64,000 bases of DNA. Source: Dehalococcoidales bacterium. Its GTDB lineage: Bacteria > Chloroflexota > Dehalococcoidia > Dehalococcoidales > UBA5760. The translations under genes were made by a program, and so were the position numbers. The stretch is taken from contig JAQUQE010000005.1 in the NCBI GenBank assembly GCA_028716225.1, positions 65,017 through 129,016 of the forward strand, written 5' to 3'. The notes under the pieces are model-generated. The model was not told the origin of the DNA. It made no database searches and saw nothing but the letters and a program-made list of their open reading frames with translations. Shown one piece after another: positions 48,204 to 57,054 of this stretch (the first letter of the stretch is position 1; each line of letters starts with the position of its first letter).

Positions 48204-49100
48204 ATGCCCGCAGTTGAAGTCAGTCATGTGGTCAAGTCATACCGGGATAAGGTCGCCGTTGACGATCTGTCCTTCTTCGTATCCCGGAATGAGGTATTCG
48301 GCCTGATCGGCCCCAACGGCGCCGGCAAGACTACCACCATCAGGATGATGATGGACATTGTCAAGCCAGACTCGGGCACCGTGACAATTCTCGGCGAGAA
48401 GCTGAGTGAAGAAAGCAAACACCGGCTCGGCTACTTGCCTGAGGAAAGGGGACTGTACCGGAAGATGACGGTAATGGACTCCATCGTCTATCTGGCCTCG
48501 CTCAAGGGTATGGATGGACACCTGGCCGAACAGAGAGCTAACGAACTGCTCAGCGAGACAGAGATGATTTCTCACAGCAAAAAGAGGATCGAGGAGCTGA
48601 GCAAAGGCATGGGACAGATTATCCAGTTCATCATCACTATCATCCATAACCCGGAACTGATCGTCATGGATGAACCCTTTAGCGGCCTCGACCCGGTCAA
48701 CACCGAAATATTAAAAAAGATGCTGATTAACCTGAGGAGTCAGGGCAAAGCCATAATTCTGAGCACGCATCAGATGAATCAGGTTGAAGAACTCTGTGAC
48801 CGCATATTGATGATAGACGGCGGCCATGCTGTTCTTTACGGCGGGCTCTCGGAAATCAAAGCAAAGTATCGAAGTAACTCGGTCATTATCGATTTCGACG
48901 GTGAGCTAGTACAGATAGCGGGAGTAATCGAAAAGCGCACCAACAAAAACTATGTTGAGCTTGTCCTTGAAGAAAATACCACCCCCGGGCAGGTGCTGGA
49001 ACGATTAGTAAGCGCCGGTATTGTCATCAACCGATTCGAGGTTGCCACCCCTTCGCTGAATGAGATTTTCGTAAAGGTAGCTGGTAAAAACCATGAATAG
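48204..49100 (+). CDS. ABC transporter ATP-binding protein (NatA-like)
   Basis: Walker A GPNGAGKTT, signature LSKGMGQ, Walker B LIVMDEP. Confidence 0.88.
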   Translation: MPAVEVSHVVKSYRDKVAVDDLSFFVSRNEVFGLIGPNGAGKTTTIRMMMDIVKPDSGTVTILGEKLSEESKHRLGYLPEERGLYRKMTVMDSIVYLASLKGMDGHLAEQRANELLSETEMISHSKKRIEELSKGMGQIIQFIITIIHNPELIVMDEPFSGLDPVNTEILKKMLINLRSQGKAIILSTHQMNQVEELCDRILMIDGGHAVLYGGLSEIKAKYRSNSVIIDFDGELVQIAGVIEKRTNKNYVELVLEENTTPGQVLERLVSAGIVINRFEVATPSLNEIFVKVAGKNHE

Positions 49101-50307
49101 GGTTCTTCTGATATTCAAGCATGAGTTCCGGCAAACGGTAGGGAGGACCGGCTTCATTATCCTGACCATCGTCCCGCCCCTGATCGCTCTCCTCGCCATC
49201 GGGGTCTCCCATACCATATCAGGGATAAGCGAGCCGCCGGCAGAAGTGACCGGAATCGGCTATGTTGATGAAGCCGGTGGATTTGAGCAGTTTACCACAC
49301 AGGGAAATCTGAACTTTGTCTCATTCGACACTACGGAAGCCGCCACCCAGGCTTTGGTCAACAAAGATATCGAGGAATATTTCGTGATTCCCGAGGACTT
49401 CGTCTCGACGGGACTGATCAGACGTTACACCACGCAAAGAGAGCTTACGCCACCGGCAGCCACCACTGCCGCGATTAAGAATTTCATCTCCAGCAACCTT
49501 CTGGCTGGGAAGGTACCCGAGACTACGGTCACCAGGGTCGAAGAACCGCTGCACCTGGTTACTATCACGCTTACGGCAACAGGTGCTGTGGCTCCCGAGC
49601 AAGGCGGACCGGGTAACCTTGTCATTCCCATCATCGTCGGCGTTATGTTAGCGGTATCTCTTACCTTCTCCTCTGCCTACTTGTTGCAGGGGCTGGCTAC
49701 CGAGAAAGAAAACCGCCTCATGGAAATACTATTATCATCGGTATCGACCCGGCAATTGGTCACAGGGAAGGTAATGGGAATCGGTAGTGCCGGTCTGATA
49801 CAGGTAGCTATCTGGGTAGCCACGGTACCACCCCTGCTAAGGCTGGCCTCCTCATCACTCGGTGGCTTTATCAGTATGATACAGATACCACCCGGGCTTA
49901 TCAGTCTGGCCATATTGTATTTCGTCCTGGGCTATTTGTTGTTCGCTGTCCTTTCGGTCGGCATCGCCGCCGTCAGCACCAGTGTGCGGGAGGGGCAGAC
50001 ACTCGCCTCGATATTCACACTCTGGGTAATTGCTCCTTTCTGGATCATATCTGTAATAATGCTGGTCCCGAGTAGCCCGGCCTGGGTCGTTCTCAGCATC
50101 TTCCCCTTCTCGGCGCCGGTGATGGTAATACTGAGGCTTGGCCTGACCGGTGTTCCGACATGGCAACTTGCTGCCAGCATCGCGGTGCTGGTCCTGTGCA
50201 TCATCGGGGGGCTCATGCTGGCAGCGAAGCTGTTAAGGACCTACGTACTGATGTACGGCAAGAGGCCAGGCTTCGGGGAGATTATGCGGAACCTCAGGAG
50301 CGGCTAG
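49093..50307 (+). CDS. ABC-2 type transporter permease (NatB-like)
   Basis: N-terminal TM helix, large extracytoplasmic loop, and a C-terminal bundle of TM helices. Overlaps the ATPase gene by 8 nt. Confidence 0.75.
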   Translation: MNRVLLIFKHEFRQTVGRTGFIILTIVPPLIALLAIGVSHTISGISEPPAEVTGIGYVDEAGGFEQFTTQGNLNFVSFDTTEAATQALVNKDIEEYFVIPEDFVSTGLIRRYTTQRELTPPAATTAAIKNFISSNLLAGKVPETTVTRVEEPLHLVTITLTATGAVAPEQGGPGNLVIPIIVGVMLAVSLTFSSAYLLQGLATEKENRLMEILLSSVSTRQLVTGKVMGIGSAGLIQVAIWVATVPPLLRLASSSLGGFISMIQIPPGLISLAILYFVLGYLLFAVLSVGIAAVSTSVREGQTLASIFTLWVIAPFWIISVIMLVPSSPAWVVLSIFPFSAPVMVILRLGLTGVPTWQLAASIAVLVLCIIGGLMLAAKLLRTYVLMYGKRPGFGEIMRNLRSG

Positions 50308-50383
50308 CCCGGAGAGACAGATAGCACTCCATGTTTGATCAAAGAGACTCTCCCAAATACCGAGCCTGAAAATAATCCGGCCT

Positions 50384-51163
50384 CTATCTGGCCACGTACC
50401 CACCGTCTACGACATACTCCGATCCGGTAACCCATCTGGACTCATCGGAAGCAAGATACAAACTCGCGTAGGCAATATCAATCGGTTCGCCGATATGACC
50501 CAGCGGCGTCGCTTCGGTAAACAGCTTGTTGTACTGGTTGAACGATATCCCGTAGTCTTTAGCCTCTTTGTCGGTAAGCTCGGTGTGGATGAGACCGGGA
50601 TGCACGGAATTGACCCGGATCTTGTATCCGGCCTCAGCACAGGATAGGGCCACCGATTTGGTCATTGCCCTCACCGCCCCTTTAGAGGCACAATAGGCAG
50701 GCAACCCGGCTTCACCTATTATGGCATCGATAGACGATATATTCACTATTGAGCACGGTTCCCCGTTCTTCTTCATAACCTCAATGCCATATTTACAGCC
50801 TAAGAAAACCCCGGTCGCATTGATATTCATTATCCAGTTCCATTCATCGAGGGAGGTCTCTTCTATCGTTTTCGCCAGTGAAACACCGGCATTGTTCACC
50901 AGGACATTAAGCTTGCCATATTTTTTGACAACCTCACCGAGCACCTTTTTCCAGTCATCCTCGCTGGTGGTATCGAGTATGAGAAAGATAGCCTCTCCGC
51001 CTTGCTTTTTGATACTCTCCGCTAGCGCTGTTCCCTCATCTACCTTCTTCCTGGTAGTAACTACGACCTTAGCCCCCTCCTTAGCAAACAACTCAGAATG
51101 CCCACCGCCTATGCCGCAAGCACCTCCGGTGATCAGGGCTACTTTACCATCCAATCTCCCCAT
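50384..51163 (-). CDS. Short-chain dehydrogenase/reductase
   Basis: TGGACGIG (TGxxxGxG), NNAG, and YCASK (YxxxK). Confidence 0.88.
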   Translation of the reverse strand: MGRLDGKVALITGGACGIGGGHSELFAKEGAKVVVTTRKKVDEGTALAESIKKQGGEAIFLILDTTSEDDWKKVLGEVVKKYGKLNVLVNNAGVSLAKTIEETSLDEWNWIMNINATGVFLGCKYGIEVMKKNGEPCSIVNISSIDAIIGEAGLPAYCASKGAVRAMTKSVALSCAEAGYKIRVNSVHPGLIHTELTDKEAKDYGISFNQYNKLFTEATPLGHIGEPIDIAYASLYLASDESRWVTGSEYVVDGGYVAR

Positions 51164-51766
51164 CTTTTGTAGTACCTCCTTATGTTAATTAATATTAAAG
51201 AACTAACTCAGAAATCGTTTTATATTTAGACTCTCCATGGTTTCTGAGTTAAACCAGGGGTGACCAAGAGCACCTTCTTGCTGCTGTCATCAGTCATCCT
51301 ATCCTGCACCTCATCTAGAATATCAACGGAAGGCATCAAATTTCAACAGCCGGTCTCAGAGACAGTTATATCAGACAAGCCAGGCTACCTCACAGCTTAC
51401 TGCTATGCTCACCTAATGGTCGAATAATACTATACAACTCGCCATTTTTTTAAACCAGAGACCAATAAATAGAATGAGTATCGTTGGACATGGAGGGGCT
51501 AAATAATTCCGAGAAATGTTTGATACTCAATTGTGGAATAATAGGGAAAAATTTGCATAATATAAACTACTGTGTGAGAGCCCTCTTTTTCAGTATTGTG
51601 AATGAGGAGTGGTTGAAGTGACAGGAAGTCGGAACGAGATCTGAGGATATAGCCTGGATAGCGGAGACAGCAAAGGCGTTTGAGCAAGAACCGATCAGAC
51701 TAGAACTCATAGAAGAAGCGCTGTTTTCTTAAAGGAATTGACTGAGATGGAACAAAGCAGTAGGAT

Positions 51767-53200
51767 ATGGCTGTATCTAGTTTTCACTATTTCACGATAC
51801 TTCGGGAGATCATAATGCGTCGGACGTTCGATAAATTCGCTTTCTTGCCTGACAATCCTCGGAATCTTAGGATTCTCAAAATTGTTGTCGCCGTCTCTCC
51901 GGCCCTGTTCGTTCTGCTTTTTGAGTTATTTAGACCATCAATACTCGAAGGGACTCGCTCCGCGATTGCATCCAGCCTATTTTTTACTCCAGTCGTAATC
52001 TTTGCTGTCTTCTTCTACATGGTTGTCTTCAGTCTCATTAAGAGGATTCAAGAGGAGAACCTACAACGCAACCGGGAACTGGGTATTATTAATGAGATCG
52101 CTTTGACGGTAAACGCATCCTTAGACCTGAACGTATTGCTGCCACGCACGATGGAGAAGCTAATTCAAGTGACCGAGGCTGATTCTGGCGAGTTGTTTTT
52201 AATTAATGAAAGAAGCCGTGAATTGTCGTACGAATTCTCTGTTGGGATTTCCGCAGAGGCATCCAAACCATACTCAAGTTCATTAGCGAATAATGATGGA
52301 CTGATCCATGAAGCAGCAAGATCGAATGAACCAATGATAATACAGGATATGGGGAATTACGATAGTGTGGTTACCCCAGCCCTATCGGTTTCCGGATTCC
52401 GCTCTGTGGCCGTAGTACCACTAAAGTCGAGAAGCGGTATCGTGGGCGTTTTGTGCATTCTTAGTCTCAAACCCAACCACTTCAAATTGGATGAGGCCGG
52501 TCTCTTCGCTAATATTGGTAGTCAAATAGCGGTGGCCATAGAGAACGCTCGCCTCTACGAAAAAGTACAAGGGATAGTCATTGTAGAGGAGAGGGAACGA
52601 ATTGCGAAGGAACTCCATGATGGGTTAGCACAGGTGCTAGGTTATGTAATTACCAAGAGTGAAGCAACGAGGCAAATTCTTAGCAAAATGACTATGGCAA
52701 CTGACTATTTGGTTGAACTAGAGAAAGTCGCTCAGGATGTATATACCGACACGAGAGAGGATATTCTTGGTCTTCGAACCGCTGTTTCGGGCGACCGGGA
52801 TTTGGTATCCGCACTCAGGGAGTATTTGACTCGCTTCAGCCAGATGCATGGTATCAGGACCGTGTTGGAGGTAGATGGCCAGACTATACCCCATCTATCT
52901 CCACAAGTCGAATTACAGACCATCCGCATCGTCCAGGAGGCATTGTCTAACATTAGAAAACACGCTGAACCTACCCGTGCGTTGGTGAGGTTGACGGCAA
53001 GCGATAACAATGTCACATTACTAATCGAAGACGACGGGAAGGGTTTCGACGTCAACGAACTTGGACATAGCGACTGCGCGAAATTCGGAATTCGGACAAT
53101 CAAAGAAAGGGCTGAGAGCATACACAGCAGGCTGGATATCGAATCTAAGCCCGGAAACGGAACTAAGGTAACGCTAAGCATACCACTAAATCTTCCTTAG
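51767..53200 (+). CDS. Sensor histidine kinase (TM, GAF, HisKA_3, HATPase)
   Basis: TM helices and a GAF-like region. H-box ERIAKELHDGLAQ and ATP-lid motifs EDDGKGF and FGIRTIKERA. The true start may be the internal ATG at 51815 (MRRTFDKF). Confidence 0.85.
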   Translation: MAVSSFHYFTILREIIMRRTFDKFAFLPDNPRNLRILKIVVAVSPALFVLLFELFRPSILEGTRSAIASSLFFTPVVIFAVFFYMVVFSLIKRIQEENLQRNRELGIINEIALTVNASLDLNVLLPRTMEKLIQVTEADSGELFLINERSRELSYEFSVGISAEASKPYSSSLANNDGLIHEAARSNEPMIIQDMGNYDSVVTPALSVSGFRSVAVVPLKSRSGIVGVLCILSLKPNHFKLDEAGLFANIGSQIAVAIENARLYEKVQGIVIVEERERIAKELHDGLAQVLGYVITKSEATRQILSKMTMATDYLVELEKVAQDVYTDTREDILGLRTAVSGDRDLVSALREYLTRFSQMHGIRTVLEVDGQTIPHLSPQVELQTIRIVQEALSNIRKHAEPTRALVRLTASDNNVTLLIEDDGKGFDVNELGHSDCAKFGIRTIKERAESIHSRLDIESKPGNGTKVTLSIPLNLP

Positions 53201-53223
53201 CCATTATCGGAAGGGTTAGTTTA

Positions 53224-53895
53224 TTGAGGGTACTAATAGTTGACGATCATGCTCTGTTCAGAAGCGGACTAGCCAGTCTCCTGACCGCAAATGATATCGA
53301 GGTTGTTGGAGAGGCCAGTAACGGTCTGGAAGCCGTAGAAAAGACCCGCCAACTCAGGCCGGACATAGTACTGATGGATGTCAAAATGGCTGACTTTAAT
53401 GGCATCCAAGCCACACAGCTCATCAAGGCAGAAATGCCACAGACAAAAATTGTCATGGTTACGGCTTTTGAAGATGACGATGACTTGTTTGAAGCAATGA
53501 AAGGCGGCGCCGTTGGTTACATCCTCAAGAACATAGAAGCTGAAAAGTTCGTCAAATTTCTCTCGAATATCATGGAGGGTGATGTAGCAGTGTCACCATG
53601 GGTCGCTGATAAAATAGTCAAAGAGGCATTCCGCCAAAACGGAAGACTTAGATCATCACAGCCTGCCAATGATCTTACCAACCTTACTAACAAAGAAGCC
53701 GAGGTTCTCAAACTAGTTGCTACTGGAGCGACAAACAAGGAGATCGCTTCATCTCTTAATATTTCAGAAAACACGGTGAAATATCACCTGCGTAACATTA
53801 TGGAAAAACTCCACGTCAGGAATCGCGCTCAAATGGTAGCGCGTGCAGTAACCAGAGGCATAGTCCCGGGCAGCGCTGGCGGAAAAACTGACTAA
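53224..53895 (+). CDS. NarL/LuxR-family response regulator
   Basis: Receiver domain (VLIVDDH, DIVLMDVKM) and LuxR HTH (LTNKEAEVLKLVATGATNKEIASSLNISENTVKYHLRNI). Confidence 0.9.
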   Translation: MRVLIVDDHALFRSGLASLLTANDIEVVGEASNGLEAVEKTRQLRPDIVLMDVKMADFNGIQATQLIKAEMPQTKIVMVTAFEDDDDLFEAMKGGAVGYILKNIEAEKFVKFLSNIMEGDVAVSPWVADKIVKEAFRQNGRLRSSQPANDLTNLTNKEAEVLKLVATGATNKEIASSLNISENTVKYHLRNIMEKLHVRNRAQMVARAVTRGIVPGSAGGKTD

Positions 53896-53923
53896 ACTTC
53901 ATCACAAAAAAAGACATCCAAAA

Positions 53924-53949
53924 GGGTGGCTCTATAGCCACCCTTTTTT
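53924..53949 (+). terminator. Rho-independent terminator of the two-component operon
   Basis: GGGTGGC-TCTATA-GCCACCC followed by TTTTTT. Confidence 0.7.
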
Positions 53950-53986
53950 GTAGTAAGAAAACCACCCGGATGCATATTGTTCAGCC

Positions 53987-54024
53987 CATAGGAATAACAG
54001 AAAATAGACTGTGAGAGAACCGAC
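53987..54024 (+). repeat. Direct repeat copy 1 (38-bp perfect core)
   Basis: CATAGGAATAACAGAAAATAGACTGTGAGAGAACCGAC is identical to 55867..55904. Flanking similarity extends to about 53974..54034. Confidence 0.95.
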
Positions 54025-54588
54025 AAGATTATTTCCCAACTTGGTGTCGCGTGATTTCCGTGCGGAGTGGCGTCTGCGTGGATTGAGCTAATAAATGAGA
54101 GTAACAAGCCCAGCTAAAAGTAACTAGTAGTGTAGAGACAAATAAATAGGAGTGCTTTGCACCATAAATAATAAACCATAACTAATCGGAAGAAGAGGGT
54201 TATGATGGAGACTAGAGTGATAGATTGCAGTGAAAATTTATTGCATGTCATAGAATCTGTTGCACCATCGCTAAAACATACCTTTGGTGTGAAGAGGCGT
54301 AATAATACTTTCTTTATCAATACTTCTCATCCTAAGGACTCAACCTCTTCTCCTGCTAAGATTAAGCCAAGACCGTCCGCTCTCTTTGGTTATGTTGACT
54401 TAGATTAAGAAGATCTGTTTTTGGCTAAAACGGTTTACCATGTTTAAGAGAGATGGTTTGTTAGTTGTGGAACGGGGGTAGCAATGGCCTATATGTATCC
54501 TGGCTACCGACATTATAGATAAACTGGAAAGGCTACCCGAAGGTCATAGAATCGCATAATAAATGAGCAAAGGGAGGTATCGCTAGAG

Positions 54589-55770
54589 ATGAAAGTAGCT
54601 GTCATAGGAATAGGGCAATGTGGCTGCAATATTGCTGATGAGTTCTATAGCCTTAACCAATATGCAAAATCCCTACTTGGCAGGAGGCTGGAGATAGTAA
54701 CCGACACGCTGGCTGTTAATACCGACTCGAGTGACCTCAGAGGTTTCAAGCATATCCCGGGGAGGAACAGGATACTGGTGGGGGCTGGTAGAACCTTTGG
54801 ACACGGGGTTGGCAAAATTAATACCGAATCCGCCAGAATATTTGCTGATGAGCGTGCAGTACTGGCAGGAGAAATTTCTAGATCGAAAAAATTTTACGAG
54901 ACGGATGCGATAGTGGTTATAGGTAGCGCCGCAGGGGGTACAGGCTCCGGTGGTATCGGACAGACCGTGAAGGTTCTTAAGGAAAGACTGAATCGTCGTG
55001 TGAGTCGTAGTGTTATTGCTATAGTTGTTTTACCCTTTGCATATGAAGAGAGTGGAGTAGCATCTTATACTCTAACTAATACCGCCACTTGCCTGACTAC
55101 AGTGGATAGCTACGCCGATGTTACCTTTATCCTTGATAACGAGAAATTCAGCAAGGGTGCATCGGTCAGTATGGCTGAATCATATCAAGACATTAACCAA
55201 AAGATGGTCAGAAACTTCTACGACCTGTTTTGTGGTGGTGAGGAGAAAGGAGGCAAATACATAGGTGCCAAGGTGGCCGATGCCGGAGACATTGTGGCTT
55301 CCCTGACTGGTATATCTGTTATTGGTAGAGGTGAAGTGTCTCTGCCGGCTTTCCGCTTTAAAAAATATTCCTTAGATGAGGGAATACGCAAAGCAACCTC
55401 AATATCCACAGCTTTGAGTGAGGCACTCTGTAACTTGTCTACCAATATCAACCTGGAGGATGCCCGGAGGCTAATGGCTATACTTTGTGCCCCGAAGGAA
55501 TACATAACCCAGTCAGCCCTTCAAGAGATCTATCAGACCCTCCTGGATATTGCTCCTAAGGCAGAGATTAGGATTGGGGACTATCCTAGGAGACGAGGAG
55601 AAGTCTCCATTACTATTGTTGCCTCAGAGTTGGTTAGTATACCCAGGGTGGAAAGATTATACGAAGGTGCAAAGAAAACATTTGAAGCTCAGCAGGTAAT
55701 TGCGGGACAGACGATAAATCTGGTCAACGAACTGAGAGAAAAGGCGAAGGATATACCTAGATTAGCCTAG
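54589..55770 (+). CDS. Tubulin/FtsZ-superfamily GTPase, CetZ/tubulin-like
   Basis: GGGAGG RBS about 10 nt upstream. T1 loop GIGQCG, GHGVG, tubulin signature GSAAGGTGSGG, ILDNEKF, DINQKMVRNFYDLF, and the acidic loop AKVADAGDIVASL. 393 aa. Confidence 0.8.
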   Translation: MKVAVIGIGQCGCNIADEFYSLNQYAKSLLGRRLEIVTDTLAVNTDSSDLRGFKHIPGRNRILVGAGRTFGHGVGKINTESARIFADERAVLAGEISRSKKFYETDAIVVIGSAAGGTGSGGIGQTVKVLKERLNRRVSRSVIAIVVLPFAYEESGVASYTLTNTATCLTTVDSYADVTFILDNEKFSKGASVSMAESYQDINQKMVRNFYDLFCGGEEKGGKYIGAKVADAGDIVASLTGISVIGRGEVSLPAFRFKKYSLDEGIRKATSISTALSEALCNLSTNINLEDARRLMAILCAPKEYITQSALQEIYQTLLDIAPKAEIRIGDYPRRRGEVSITIVASELVSIPRVERLYEGAKKTFEAQQVIAGQTINLVNELREKAKDIPRLA

Positions 55771-55866
55771 GTTATTCTAGGGAAGAGAACCGTGGCGCAG
55801 ATTTAAAGTTTTATGTTGTAGTATAGCCACTGATTCGAGCTATAGGCCAGGTTATGTTGTTCAACG

Positions 55867-55904
55867 CATAGGAATAACAGAAAATAGACTGTGAGAGAAC
55901 CGAC
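55867..55904 (+). repeat. Direct repeat copy 2 (38-bp perfect core)
   Basis: Identical to 53987..54024. Lies 40 nt upstream of the ATG at 55944. Confidence 0.95.
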
Positions 55905-55943
55905 GAGAACATTTTTGGGAGTTCTTTGATCAGGAGATAGCGA

Positions 55944-56279
55944 ATGAAAGAAGAGTTCTTGGAACCTAAGTTATATAGTCAAGCCCCATCTGTATGTCTA
56001 AAACCTGGATGTGGTGGTAGAGTATTCATTCCTCATGAAGACGGCTGGCAATGCTTCAATTGCATGAAGATTATCTACAAGGCTAACGATAAGGTGAAAA
56101 AGAATGTTGCTATCAAACGCTATAGTCATAACAACCAGGAAGTAGATATGAGATTGAAGAATATAGTTAAACGTATGCTTTCCCCGGAATATAGACGTTC
56201 TTGTCAAATAGTGAGATGTATTGACAAAGGTTATAGCCACCAAGAAGCTTTAGCCAAGGTAGGAGCAATAGAAATCTAG
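55944..56279 (+). CDS. Zinc-ribbon protein, hypothetical
   Basis: 111 aa. CLKPGCGG...CFNC (CxxC-N-CxxC) zinc-ribbon-like N-terminus and a basic C-terminal half. AGGAGA RBS upstream. Confidence 0.5.
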   Translation: MKEEFLEPKLYSQAPSVCLKPGCGGRVFIPHEDGWQCFNCMKIIYKANDKVKKNVAIKRYSHNNQEVDMRLKNIVKRMLSPEYRRSCQIVRCIDKGYSHQEALAKVGAIEI

Positions 56280-56373
56280 GGTAAAGATGGTTTGTTAAGT
56301 AACCATTGATAGCCTAATTGATAAAAGGGGCAGGATTATTAATCTCGGGAGAAAATACGAAAGGAGGTAATAC

Positions 56374-56511
56374 ATGCAAGCATATTGTATGAAATGCCGA
56401 TCGAAGAAGGAAATGAAGGATCCCAAGAGCATTACCATGAAGAATGGTAAACCTGCTGCCCAAGGGATTTGTCCTAGTTGCGGCACCAAGATGTTTAGAA
56501 TTGGTAAGTAA
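56374..56511 (+). CDS. DUF5679-like zinc-ribbon mini-protein (45 aa, below the track cutoff)
   Basis: ATG at 56374 after AAGGAGG. Reads MQAYCMKCRSKKEMKDPKSITMKNGKPAAQGICPSCGTKMFRIGK, which matches my recollection of the DUF5679 pattern (CxKC...MKN...G.CP.CGTKMFRI). Confidence 0.6.
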   Translation: MQAYCMKCRSKKEMKDPKSITMKNGKPAAQGICPSCGTKMFRIGK

Positions 56512-56536
56512 TAGCTTACTTAGAAAATTTGATAAT

Positions 56537-56568
56537 AGAGCTGGATATCTGATGGGATATCCAGCTCT
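56537..56568 (+). terminator. Rho-independent terminator
   Basis: AGAGCTGGATATC-TGATGG-GATATCCAGCTCT followed by ATTTGTGT. Confidence 0.6.
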
Positions 56569-56675
56569 ATTTGTGTCCATCACACGAAATAAGCAAATGT
56601 ATTTCTTACATATGTAATAAGAGTCCCATTCATTTTGTTGAAAATGCTAACATATCCCTTGGACTATCTTGAATT

Positions 56676-56924
56676 ATGTGGATTGAGCCAAACAAGCATA
56701 TAACGAGCGTCGATGATATGTTCCGCTATGCATCTACTATTAATGGTTATCAGTATGCCAAAGACAAATGGAACATCGATTGCTCAGACTTAGTTAATAG
56801 TCGTCTTGATGAGTATTTTAAGACAGGAAAATGGCGAGGATCATTTGAAGAGCAAGGTGCTGCCTGTTCTTTGAGCAGAGAAGATACCACCATTTTTAAG
56901 AATATCCTACTGGCAGAAACCTGA
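56676..56924 (+). CDS. Hypothetical small protein
   Basis: 82-aa ORF in the AT-rich islet; no family recognised; no clear RBS seen. Confidence 0.3.
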   Translation: MWIEPNKHITSVDDMFRYASTINGYQYAKDKWNIDCSDLVNSRLDEYFKTGKWRGSFEEQGAACSLSREDTTIFKNILLAET

Positions 56925-57054
56925 AGTCTATTCAGGAACTTAACCACACCATTATAAAACTATGGAAATAGAGCCCTGATATTCAGGGAACTGCGGAGAC
57001 AAACGGTCGTACTTAAATCATAGTGGTGGGGAATCTGACTAAGTATTATTGGAT

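Noticed and set aside
51204-51251. An 11-bp inverted repeat, TAACTCAGAAA...TTTCTGAGTTA, upstream of the SDR gene, and the 580-bp AT-rich gap 51189-51766 (including track ORF 51499..51687).
   Set aside because: The hairpin is real in the sequence, but I cannot tie it to any function. The ORF has no RBS or motif support, and no ncRNA family was recognised.
53892-54408. Track ORFs in the AT-rich islet: 53892..54107(-), 54114..54320(-), 54202..54408(+).
   Set aside because: They have no family motifs. The first runs through the terminator and the 38-bp repeat, and their composition is what AT-rich non-coding DNA would give. 54202..54408 has a weak GGAAGAAGAGGG upstream and might be real, but I cannot support it.
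54451-54463. The 13-mer AGATGGTTTGTTA is repeated at 54451 and 56285. This suggested a duplicated module (repeat, small ORF, 13-mer).
   Set aside because: Exact 13-mer matches are expected by chance many times in 64 kb, and the flanking sequence and the two ORF products are unrelated.
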